Below are positions 12,793 to 24,106 of a stretch of 64,000 bases of DNA, piece by piece. The DNA comes from Monocercomonoides exilis PA203 (Eukaryota; Protista; Preaxostyla): the NCBI GenBank assembly GCA_001643675.2, contig LSRY02000004.1, forward strand, positions 2,046,001 through 2,110,000, in the 5' to 3' direction. The first letter of the stretch is position 1, and every line of letters starts with the position of its first letter. Under the pieces are notes generated by a model that was given only the letters and a program-made list of their open reading frames with translations, was not told the DNA's origin and searched no databases. A program made the position numbers and the translations under genes.

Positions 12793-14120
12793 TTACTCTC
12801 TTCTTTCAGCATATACAAAATAGTTTGCAATATTCAATGGCAAATTTGAATAAAATTTTCTGTTCAAAAAACCAATAGATTCATATAAGCTCGTGATTAT
12901 ATCTTCGTATCCTTCTTCTTCCATATTATCACATACCTTTTTTGTTATTTCCACTTCAGTTTCCTTGAGTCTTTTACATCTCAAACTTTGTGAAACACTC
13001 AAATAGAATTTCACACAATTACATACCAGCTCATCTGAAAATGATAATCGTTGAAGTTCATCCATAAACATTTCAATGGCTCTGCCTTTCAATACATCGT
13101 CAACACTCACAGCATAACCACTCAAAATATCTCTCAAAATAATGATGCAAGAATAAAATAGGAATATTTCATTTTCTCTTGCCGATCTGCAAATATCTAC
13201 AATGCAACAAACTAGTCCAGAAATTTCTTCATCTCACAAAATGCAAAAGTCGAAATAATATTTCAATAAATCGATCCATCTCCCTATAGTCGCAACTTGG
13301 TTCGCTTTTCTTCTTTCTTTTCCTTTCTTCTTCCAATCCACGCTTTTCGACAATTCTTCCAATTCTCTTTTTGCCTCTCTCACAAAATGCAGTTCATTTA
13401 CAATCACTTCTTCCAAACTTCCATCTTTGCGAAGCATTCCTATCAAAAACTTCCAAGCAGATTGATAGGCAAGTTGTGTCAGATTGATATGTTTCTGATG
13501 ATAAAGAATAATCTCTTTGATCTCATAAAAATACAGTTCTTTTCGTATTATCTATTCAATAAATATTCGTATCTTAAAATTAGCAAAGTTTGTGAACCAA
13601 CCAAAATTTCATACCTCAGAAGGACATATGCGACTCAAAGCCATCAACTCCAGCTCAACTTCTTTTTGTGATTCTTTGTTTCTCACTTTTTTCACTGCAG
13701 CTCTCAAGATACAAGACAAACAAGAATCCAGCACATCAACTAAAACGTGTTTGTCATATAGTGAAAGATGGCATGTACAAATATCAATCAGCAGTGTTTC
13801 ATTTTCATTTTCTTTTTTCTTCTTTTCATTATTTATCATCATATTAAACTTTGTGCAAAGCAAAGAATCTGAAAAGTTCTCAGTATTAACACACTTTAAT
13901 ATTTTCCAATATCCAACCTGTTTCAGCAAATAAAGCAGATTTTCAATGGATATTTTCTTTTCTTCTGTCATTTTTGCCAATCTGAAGAACAACCCCTTCG
14001 TGAAAACAGTTTTGAATTCATCAAAATTCATGTCTTCCAATAAGGTATCAAATTTATTTATTTTAACTTTCTGTTCATCGTCTGCACATCCTTCAAGTTC
14101 AGAAAACAATTCTTCAAAAA
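12793..14120 (-). pseudogene. Frameshifted member of an expanded helical-repeat hypothetical protein family (FSELEG...EQKVKI...KEVELELMALS type)
   Basis: Consecutive minus-strand fragments (14229-13609, 13446-13234, 13137-12793) lie in different frames and read as one protein. It resembles, from memory, the large Monocercomonoides family with EEKK.S.EN.L.LLK.VGY, LL.D.C.C.L and MEEEG.ED motifs. Confidence 0.6.
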
Positions 14121-15123
14121 AAAAAACAATTAAAAAAAGAAATTCAATCAACAAGAATTCAAATATAACAACGGATGCAAACCATTGAACTTTTTTGTGT
14201 TGTCGGTATCCTGCATTTTTCAAAATCATTGCATTCAGAAAACAAAGCCATTTTTATCGTTCACATTGAATTTGAATATCATTGGATAGAAGAAATAATT
14301 GTAAATAAAATCTCAAAACAGTCCCGAAAATATAAGTGTTCACACCATAGAACTGAATAATGACGTTTTTAGCAAGATATTTCACAGAAAAAACAATGAT
14401 TTAACTGTTCAAGTTTATTGTTATGGATGATCTGATCGAGTTGTTATATTTGAACGAGACTATTCCGTGAAAAAATGAGAGATCAATGAGCGAATATTTT
14501 CTGCAGGATAGACGATATTATTTTGAATGGTTGCATAAAAATGACAACGAGGAGTTGGAGATGGAATTGGGTGATATGATTTTTATGAAAAGCATCTTTG
14601 AAGGATATGGGGCAAAATTTTTTTATTTATGAAAAAAACCATGTTATGTTCCAAACTTATTCTGCACACATATCACAATGTGCATAACATTATTATGCAA
14701 AAAAATATTTGTAACGAAATCCATAATAATAATTTATTTTCATTTTTGAAAACAAATGTGTTTTTTAAAGAAATATCAGGAGAATATTCATGAAAGGTGT
14801 AATTTGAATATTGTTTGCATTATAATATTATTTGAACAGGTATAGAAGTTTCACTGAATTGTCATTGCTTCTTTTATTGATTTCATATTAACAGGAACTA
14901 TCTGCGTTCAATTATTGTAACAGAATGTGGATATTTTGTTCATTCGAGTTGATAATTGGATGAAGACACGATAATATGAGGATTTATTGAATTCTCAAAA
15001 TTTTCAAGAAATATTTATAAGAAAAAGAATAATCACTATCTGTATGGAAATAACTTCCTTTCTTTCTTTATCATTATCTTCTTTTTTTCCCTCTTCCGCT
15101 TTCTCCTATTCTTTTCACTCCTT

Positions 15124-15423
15124 TCAAACACATCCATCCCTCTCTTCTATCTTCCATGTTATTTGTTCACTTTTATTTATTTTCGTCGAGTAGTCTGCAT
15201 TTTCCATCGTCTTTTTCATCCTCGCCTCAACCTCAAGCATCGCTGCGCAGTCGGCGAGGTTCTGCACAAAATGTTTATGCTTTTTGATTATCGTGTTTAA
15301 AGGCATTGGCGTTTCCCAGTATTGCTTGGGTGCTGTTGTGTCAGCAAAACACGACAAGCTCAACAGGAAAATTGCAAGTGCAACTGATGCACTGTACGGA
15401 TGAGGAAAAGATGAAGTGCGCAA
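15124..15423 (-). CDS. Small hypothetical protein with putative signal peptide
   Basis: 99-aa ORF with hydrophobic N-terminus (VALAIFLLSLSCFA) and GC content above the flanks; no homology recognised. Confidence 0.35.
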   Translation of the reverse strand: MRTSSFPHPYSASVALAIFLLSLSCFADTTAPKQYWETPMPLNTIIKKHKHFVQNLADCAAMLEVEARMKKTMENADYSTKINKSEQITWKIEERDGCV

Positions 15424-15579
15424 AAGTGTGGAAGGAGGTTGGGCTGTTGAAGGATGAAATAAAAGACATCAAGGTGGTGAAAATTATGAAATTTAGGTTT
15501 TAACAAAAAAGTTTGTTATTTTTTTAATGTTTTTTTTTTTCCAATTATTTTTAAAAAAGAAATAGCTTCACGACTTCAT

Positions 15580-18500
15580 TCAATACTCATTAATATTTTC
15601 ATTTATGTGCATCATCAACATCTTCTTATACTTATTCTTTCTCTCCATCATCTTTAACATTTTCTTCATCAAAGTCAACACATCACCCAATTCATTCCTC
15701 CACCCTCTCCAATTGCAACACTTAAGCCACCAGCAACGTCTGCTGCTTCGCCTTTGCCTCTTCTTTTCGAGCACGCTTTTGCTCCCCAGTTGCTTCTCTC
15801 CTCTCTCCCTGCCTTCCCTCGCTCTCAAAGATATCTGCCTTTGCAGAATGCACTTGCTCTTCTCCCACCAGTTCAGCACTTCCATTAGATGTGTTTGTGG
15901 AGTATGTCTCGCTCCATTTAATTGATTAGAAGAACGTCAACATAATGTTGCTTCTGATTTCACTTGGAAGTTTCATCGTGTTGAATGGGCTTGGCTGTTT
16001 GCAGTGGGGAAGAAGGCGTTTTGGAAGAAGAAGAATGAGAAGAGAAAAGTTAGTATTGGTGGCCGACTCTGAGTGATCAAGCTGATCAGAAGAAGGAGAT
16101 CGTTGAAGAGTGAAAGGTTCCTCTCAAAAAAGATTGAATCACACAGAGCGCAGCGGAGAGCGAGAGAAAGAGAGAGAAAGAGGATTGCGCTTGTGATAAA
16201 CAGAGGCGACACACTCGCAAAAGAAGCACAGATGATGTAATGACAGAGAACCCGCTTCTTTCCTGCATTCTGATGAAGATGGAGAAGAAGAACGGAAATC
16301 AAGATGATGAACCCGAAGAAAAAGTCTGGGGCTGTTGGAGAGAAAAACAAAGGGACAATTTCATTTGAGACGGAAAAGAAAAACAAACTATTTTATACAG
16401 AAAACTTCTCAGTGTAATCCATTTCATCTGCTTCTCTTCAGTTTGATTATCCTTCTTCTTCAATTCTCAGGCAGTCTGATTTTTCTTCGGTACTTATATC
16501 GAATTATCCTTCTCCTTCTCCTTCATCTTCACCTTCGTCTTCGTCTTCGTCTTCGTCTTTCCATTCTCCTTTATCATTTTCTACAACTTCTTCTTCTCCT
16601 CTATCACTATTTTATCATTTTTCGTCTTTTTCTCATTTTCTTGTATTTTGTCTGTTTCAACTCCTTCAACTCCTTCTTCATCTTCATTTTTTTCTTCATC
16701 TTCATCTTCACTTCCTCCTGATCCACTTCATTCTTCTTATTCTTCTTCCTACTCCTCTCCTTCTTCTCCACTTTGCACAACCGCTCCACCATCTGTACGT
16801 TATCCTCATTCTTCAACATTTGTTCACTCTTCACTTCGACCTTCAATGTTTATTTTTTCTCCTTCTCTTATTTCTGATTCATCACACTCATCATCATCGT
16901 CTTCTCTTCATCCTCCTTCTTCTTCTTCTTCCATTCCAATAACTTCCTTTGCAGTTTTCCTTCTTCTTCTTCTTCTTTCCTCACATCTTGCCCTTTGTTT
17001 CGATTTCGTGAGCCATTTCAGCGAAAACGATAGGACAAATGAAAGATAATAAGTGTCTGAGAAGCTTGTTATGTGTGCTTCGTTATGAATGTTTCAACAA
17101 AGACAATGCTTATTCCAATTTAAGACTCGTTCTGCAGCGGAGACGATGGAGACTGAAGCACAGACCTCTGGAAATGTTGCATCTGATGCTGGAAAGACAG
17201 ATCTGAATGGGGTGTTCCACATAGCTCCTTCATTACAAAAGGCACACCGAAATCTTGTGATGCTTGGAGCGACTGTGGATGTTGCTGCACTTCCCTGTTG
17301 CTGAAGAGTGCAGAGTTAACATGCGCATAATGTGTGGAGACAAATTCATCAGTTCGTACAACGAGAATTTATGAGCAAGTGTTTCATCAACATCTGCTTT
17401 TTGAACTGCTCGATGATAACATCAGCTTTGAAAGCCTGAGTGCTTTGCTGTGAAGAAGCAGGCAGCGAAGATGCAGTTAAAGTTTGTTAAAGAGAAATAG
17501 AAAGAAATAGAGAGAGGAAGAAAAAGGGGGAGGAAGGGAGAGAGAGGAGGAGAGGAGGAGAAAACAGGATGGAAGGCAAATTGAGTTAGCATTTTGTATT
17601 TTTTGTAACAAAAACATATTCCCATAATTATATTTGGTTGGCTCACCGTTATTAAGATCGTGTTCATCAGATACTGTAAGGCAACGCTTGTGCTCGCTTG
17701 TTCGGGATCATCCACAGATTTGTCTGTGGAAAGCGTTCAGGCGGAAAAAGTTGGAAAAGTAAAAGAATAAGTATTAGACGAAGAAGAAGCATAAGAAGGA
17801 GAAGGAGAAGAAGAAGCATCAACATTAGCTAATGTTGAGTTATTTGCAGTATTTGGACGAGCCATCATTGGAGAAAGAGTTCTGATTGGAGGAGGAGTAG
17901 CTGAATTGCAAAGAAGTTGCATTTCCTCTCCTTCTCTTTCTTCTCCTTCTTCTTTTTCATTCCCTTTCTCTTCTTTTTCTTTTTCTTCTTCTTTTCCCCT
18001 ATTTTCTTCTTTCACATCTTCTTTCTTCTTCATCATTTCCTTCATCATCATCATCTTCTTCTTCTTCTCTTCTTTTTTTTCTTTGAATTCATCGGCAGAA
18101 CACAAACCATCTACCAATGGCTTCAACACAATTATTTTATTCGCATTAGAAAAAGAAGAGAAACGAGGAGAATGAAGAGAATGGAATGGTTGATATGATT
18201 TGCGGGATGAAAGAGAAGAAGAAGAAGAAGAAGAAGAAGAAGAAGAAGAAGAAGAAGAAGAAAGAGTATGAATCGAATCTCCGACTGTTAATTCCACATG
18301 ATTTCCATCTTTTTTATCTAACTTCTCTTTCTCTTCAATCAACATCACTTGAGCTGCATTCAGCCTTTTCACATCATCTCGTGTCACATCCACAAAATCA
18401 CATACATAATCTAATTCTTCTTCCTCTTCCTCTTCCTCCTCGTCCTCTTCTTCTCTTTCCTTCTCCTTCTGCAAAATCCTGATCTTCTGCTCCTCTTTTG

Positions 18501-18640
18501 TCTGCGACAATTGCTTCCAGCTTGTGGAACTCGTTGGAGTAATTGCTTCTATCATTCGCTCCAATATCTTCTCCTTCGATAAAAACTTATCCAGTAATGA
18601 TCTCTTGTTCTTCGTGTAAATTAAATATAGATATGTCTCC
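15580..18640 (-). pseudogene. Fragmented low-complexity (Glu/Lys/Ser-rich) gene, probably frameshifted or multi-exon
   Basis: Series of minus-strand coding-like fragments (18564-17737, 17715-17422, 16846-16607, 15885-15580) with frame changes. I could not build a consistent splice model. Confidence 0.35.
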
Positions 18641-18920
18641 CTCCTTCATGAAGAATATAGAAATGTTAACTGAAAGATAATCGAATCCGATGAAATAAAC
18701 ATTGATTTCAATTGGTTTTCAGCAAATGCAAGAAAGAATTTAAAAGAATATCATTTGTATTTATTATTGCATTCGAATCAATTATTGACCCTTTATTGTC
18801 ATCAAATAGATATTTCTGTTCATTTTTAATATTATAAGATTTAATCATTTAGTCGTTTTTCCAATCCTGAATTTTTTGTATAGTTTTAATAATAAGTCTG
18901 TGATCAGATAATTAATTAAA

Positions 18921-19418
18921 ATGTTTAATAACAAATCAAAAGCGGCTAAAAGTCGAATTGCATCAACTATTGCAGATACGATATTTCATGCATCACCTGA
19001 GGATCCGGAGGGATGTTTTGAATATTTTGTTTTCCGCTCCAAATTTGGTGAATCCTTCCGGAAAGTGTTGGAGGTTAATTGCGCTGGTATGTTTAAATTT
19101 TGATAACATATGAATAATTAACGATGATTTTTATCTTCTTTGACAATTGCTATTTGCAACATATTCTTTGTTGGCAGAGAAAATCAACAAAATACTTCGG
19201 AACCTTGCTTCATATTCAAAGTCTTTGTCAAAAAGAGACGGTGTATCCCTTCTGTCGGCGCTATCTTCTGAGATATCTTTAAAAGAACTCAAAGATAACG
19301 GTTGGGAATTAACTCGCGGAGAATACTATTACTCACGCGAAAAAGCAAAAGACACCAAAACAAAACCTCCAACAAAAGCAACAGAGCAAAAAAAGCAGGG
19401 TTTGTTTATAAGCTTCAT

Positions 19419-19484
<66 letters not shown>

Positions 19485-21724
19485 ATGTGCTTTCTGAAAA
19501 ATATTGATGAAATAGATAATTCTCAATTTGAAATTGCTGAACGTTGGCTGAATAGTCATAGTTCCTGCAGCTCGAGCAACGGGAGAAGAAAAAAAAGAGG
19601 TTTTTCGAGCTAATTCACATTAACGTATTCATGATGTAAATGCTTTTAATGTTATTTTTGTGTTTGTTTGTTTTGTTGATCATCACTTATTGTGTTTGAA
19701 TAGCTTCATCTAAAAATATATCTTCACAAAGCAACTTCTCCATCAATTCTCCAAGTGATGCGATCGATTCTGCTGATACGTCTATTATGGATGATTCTGA
19801 AACGAATTATCATAATAGGACAGATGAAAACATCTCTGATCATTACTCCGGTCCAAATTGTCGTCTCATTGAGACTTCTCAAAGAACTCTTCAACCCTCA
19901 AAAAAAGAAAAAACAAACATCAAAAAAAATAAATCTATGAAAAATGAAAAAAAAGGAGATAAAAGCCAGACCAGCCAAGAAGCGTCATCAAATGCAAACG
20001 CTGCTATTCATAAAGAAGCACTGAATGAGTCCAGAACACAGAACGGAAGTTCCAATAGCTCTAATAGTTTTAAAAATGAAAAGATTTTCTCTTTTGGAGA
20101 AAAGCGAATCATTGAAAAAACGAAGAAAGAGCTGCATCGTCAATTATTACAAGAGACTGGACTGAAAATGTCATATTCAACTTTCTGTCGAAAAACAAGG
20201 AATTTCAGAAAAGCAAAAAGAAGAACAGATCTTTGTGAGGTCTGCGAGAAGGGAGAGTATTTAAAGAGAAAAAAGATTGAAATGGAGAAGAAATTGATGA
20301 AATTATCTGAATCGGAAGAGAATGAGATGAATCTTATACAAGAGCACAAAAAAATGGCAGAAAATCAACGAAACTATTTTCACTGTGTGAAAGAAAATCT
20401 GAAAAGAGGTGAAGCTGTGATCATCATGGATTTTAAGGAGAACTGGAGTTTGCCGATCACAAATCGCGAAACTGGACAAAATTTTTATGAGAAAAAGCAA
20501 ATTTCTCATTTGTGCTTTGTTGTATTTAGAATTGATGATAATTGTTATTTTAAAAAAAATGTGTTTAATTTTTATTCTGATGTTTTAACGCATGATTATA
20601 AATTCGTTTGTGAATGTTTGAATAAACTGCTTCGTTTTGATATTTTTTTGAATGTGAATTCTTTTCATTTCTTCAGCGATAATGGACCTCACTTTCGCAA
20701 CGCTCGTGTAATGCATCACATTTTTTCTTCGGCATCACCGTTGTTTGCGGGGAAAAGATGTTTGCACTCATTTTTTGCCGAGCACAACGGCAAGAATGAG
20801 TGCGATAGCGAATTCGGATTTCTGACAAACTTATTGAACAATCATCTTGGAAATCGTGAATTGACAACAATTTATGACTTGATCGACTTTTTCTGTGGCC
20901 AATGCAACGCATATTTATTTGGAGACGAGGATGATTCTTCTACAATTTATCTTCCTTGTTCAATACATTCACAAGTTCAACAAACAAGAGGACCGTTCAG
21001 AGAGAATTATCAAAGCAATGCGATATCTGAAGATAACTCCTTCAACGTTAATTATTCAACAAGGCATTATTTCTTAAAGTCTGTCCTTCATATTTTTTTA
21101 ATAATTTCTGATTATCAGTGTGTGATTTCATTTGAATTGTTTGAATTTATGTGTATATTCAGATATCAGCCTGGGAACTGTTTCATGTGGGGAGAAATGG
21201 CCGTTAAAGGAATGAAGAAATACTTACATTTTTTCATAGAAAATGGAAAACTCTATGGATCTGCTTTAAGCAACATGATCACATCGAAATGTTTTCAACT
21301 TTCATTCGCAGAAAGGGTTAGAGAAGATAAAAAGGAGAGAAAATATTTCGATAGAACTTCGAAGATCGATATGGCTGGAGATGATCGAGGAATGATAGGA
21401 AAGGGCGTGAGAAAAATAATCAAAGAAAGATTATCTTTGATAAATGATAATAACAATATTGATGAACAAAACATGTTTTTTAATAATTCTTTAAGTAATA
21501 ATTCTTTGTCTTCCAATTCAAATAACTCTTTTTCATTTAACAATTTTCATTCAAGAAATCTTTTTAATTCAAATTCATCAACAGACAATTCAGGTATGTC
21601 GTTTTTTTCTGTTAATTCACCTATTCTTTTTCAACAAAATTTTAGCATCTCTGAAGAAGAATTGATTTCTCCAAGTATGTCATTATCTTCAAATGTTTTT
21701 TATTTCAATAATTCTTTCAATTAA
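18921..21724 (+). mobile_element. Sola-like (Sola2-type) DDD transposase gene; 5 exons (18921-19086, 19178-19399, 19516-19599, 19704-21078, 21163-21724), about 802 aa
   Basis: GT..AG junctions keep one open frame of 2409 nt. Motifs are SYSTF, TDLCEVC...H (Zn-binding), IMDFKEN (D at 20429), FSDNGPHFRN (D at 20678) and FFAEHNGKNECDSEFG (D at 20804). They parallel the DFxEN / SDG...QYKN / HGKxxCDG motifs of Sola-type transposases. Confidence 0.75.
19420..19482 (+). repeat. 63-nt poly(T) tract inside transposase intron 2
   Basis: Directly seen between the GTTTGT donor (19400) and the AG acceptor (19515). Confidence 0.9.
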
Positions 21725-21796
21725 AAATTAAGTTAAAAAAAAAAAATTAATAAATGAAAGTCTAAGCTTACCCAATGAAATATGAAAAAATATTGA

Positions 21797-21880
21797 GGGT
21801 AAGGTCATATCCGTCCTGTTTTTATGATTTTATTATGAATCATGAAAACTTGCAGGATTTGGGTTCAGATATGACCTCCC
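21797..21880 (+). other. Imperfect stem-loop about 75 nt downstream of the transposase stop
   Basis: Nested pairs: aggtcatatc (21802-21811)/gatatgacct (21868-21877), tcctg/cagga and gtttttatgatt/aatcatgaaaac. Confidence 0.6.
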
Positions 21881-22655
21881 AGGTAGACATTAATTTATAA
21901 ATTGTGATTTTTTTGATATAAAAGTGAATTGGGATATGGCAAAAATTGTTCTTAAAATTAAAAATAAAAATAAAAAATAAAATGAAAAAAAAAAAAAATA
22001 AAATAAATAAGAATAAATTTTTTTGACTAAAACAGAATATGGAAAAATCTTATATTGTGGGTGGAACGATTGTCTGAAAATGAAAATTTCTCCCCATATT
22101 AACATTTGTATATTAGGTGAATGGTAACATAACGTACTATTCAAAAAATAACACAAAGAAAGTTTTATTTCCGAAAAAAAGCAAGACTGAATGGATACAA
22201 AGCAAACAATAAAATAGAAATAATTATTTTCAACTTTAAATTCAAGTGATAAATAATCGTCTTTTTCATCAAAAAATCTATGATCAAACCCTAATAATAT
22301 CATAATACAAAATTTCTAATTAGGTTTTAGAGAGGCTATTGGTTTCAATGCCTTTACAACGAGTGAATTAGGGTATAATGTATATTGAAATATGAACCTT
22401 AATTATTGAATAGGGTTTTATTTATCAAAAAAGATAAAAAAACAGGTGTTTTGTTGATTAAGAATATCAAAAATGGGTAACCAATTTAATTATTCGATTT
22501 AGACGAAATTTACCAGTGAAAATATCCCACAAGGACTTATTACTTATTTTGATAACGAACATTTTCGTTTTTAAAAGCATTTGAAACAGTACGTTTTGTT
22601 CCCACTTTCCAGGCATTCTTTCAGTTACGCATTATTTTGTACAAAATCATACGTA

Positions 22656-23065
22656 TATAGTTAGTGTTAATAATGGTGGACACTTTCAATAACTGTGGAC
22701 AGTGGTATTTTTTCAACAACTGTTGATAGTTGTATTTTGACAATTAACACAATTATTCCCTCATCAAATACAAACTTATAAGACATACAGAAATGAAACA
22801 ACTTGCTCCCAAGAATGAAGAAAAATACATTTTAAATTTTCGGAGAAATTCGGAGAAATATGATAAGTCAAGTTTCTCCGAAAATTGAAAATAATAATTA
22901 TTATATTTCATTGTGTTGGATGGGTGATTGAAACAATTCATAAAAGTTCATATTCATTGAGGGAATAATTGAGCTTATTGTCAAAAAGCAACTATCAACT
23001 GTTGTTGAGAAAATGCCACTGTCCACAGTTATTGAAAGTGTCCACCATTATTAACACTAACTATA
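22656..23065. mobile_element. MITE family A, copy 2 (410 bp, imperfect TIRs)
   Basis: tatagttagtgttaataatggtggacactttcaataactgtggacagtgg...ccactgtccacagttattgaaagtgtccaccattattaacactaactata. It has the same length and the same central tcggagaaa/tttctccga hairpin as copy 1. Confidence 0.9.
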
Positions 23066-24106
23066 TGTATATAATCTTTGACATATTTTTGTGTGCGAAA
23101 AGATAAACATGAAAAAAACAACATCAACTTTTTCAATAACTAATTGAATGGCGGACCTTTTTGAAATCATTCCGGCGTTTATGTTTTGATCGAAATTTTT
23201 GTCTCGATGAGATTTTTGAAAAAATGAGTTTTTATTGAAAACTCATGTTGTTTATGATATTGTTACTGAAGAAATTAATTTTGACATCAATCCCATTGTA
23301 TATTTGTATTGATCGAAAACACTCTCGTTGAAATTTCTTGGATTTCATTAGACAAGAAGATTTCTGAAGAATTATCTTAATGAAACAAATTGTCTCAGTT
23401 CATTCTCTCCACATACTTGCAAGACTTTAAATTTCTTTAAAATTACCTTGAAAAATTGAAAATTTCTCACTTTCACAAAAATATTCAATTTTCGTCTGTG
23501 AAATGATTTATTTTTAAAACAGATGAAATTCACTAACAAAATCGGAAAGAAAGAAAGAAAGAAACAGCATAAATAAATCAAACGATTCCAAAAGAGATGA
23601 AAAACAGTTAAAAATAAGCAAGCAAATAAACTGATAAATTAATGTTTTTTAATACTGAAAAATATTATTTTTACAAATAAAGCTTATTCAAAAAACAAAT
23701 TCTAATATGAATCAGGAAATGTCATTTCAAAAAAAGACGAATTAAACATCATTCAAAACAAATTAAAAGAAACAAATTATCGCAAGATAGTGAATAATAT
23801 AAAACAAGCTTTTTAACAACAAAATAAGAACGACCATATTCAACAAATACACCAAAACTGGGAATGTAATAAATATTCACACAAAAGTGAATCAAGATGG
23901 ATGATGAGTTTCACCACTTTGCCCATATTCATTATTTAAATTATCAGGCAACGCTTTAGAAGGGCAACAACTTTTATCCGCTTTAGTTATCAAAAAAGAA
24001 CTCTCAGCACACTTATTCACACTTGCAGCTGAAGAAATCAACAAGCAGGCTGTTGTGGAATCGCAGAGATCAGAGCTTGTCATTGATGATCAAAATGAAA
24101 TGATTC

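Noticed and set aside
21802-21877. SECIS element in the transposase 3' UTR
   Set aside because: AUGA/GA words are present, but the stem geometry does not fit and the ORF has no in-frame TGA.
22285-22420. Telomere-like ccctaa/ttaggg words (also at ~10248 and ~38789)
   Set aside because: Isolated single units, not tandem; expected by chance in AT-rich DNA.
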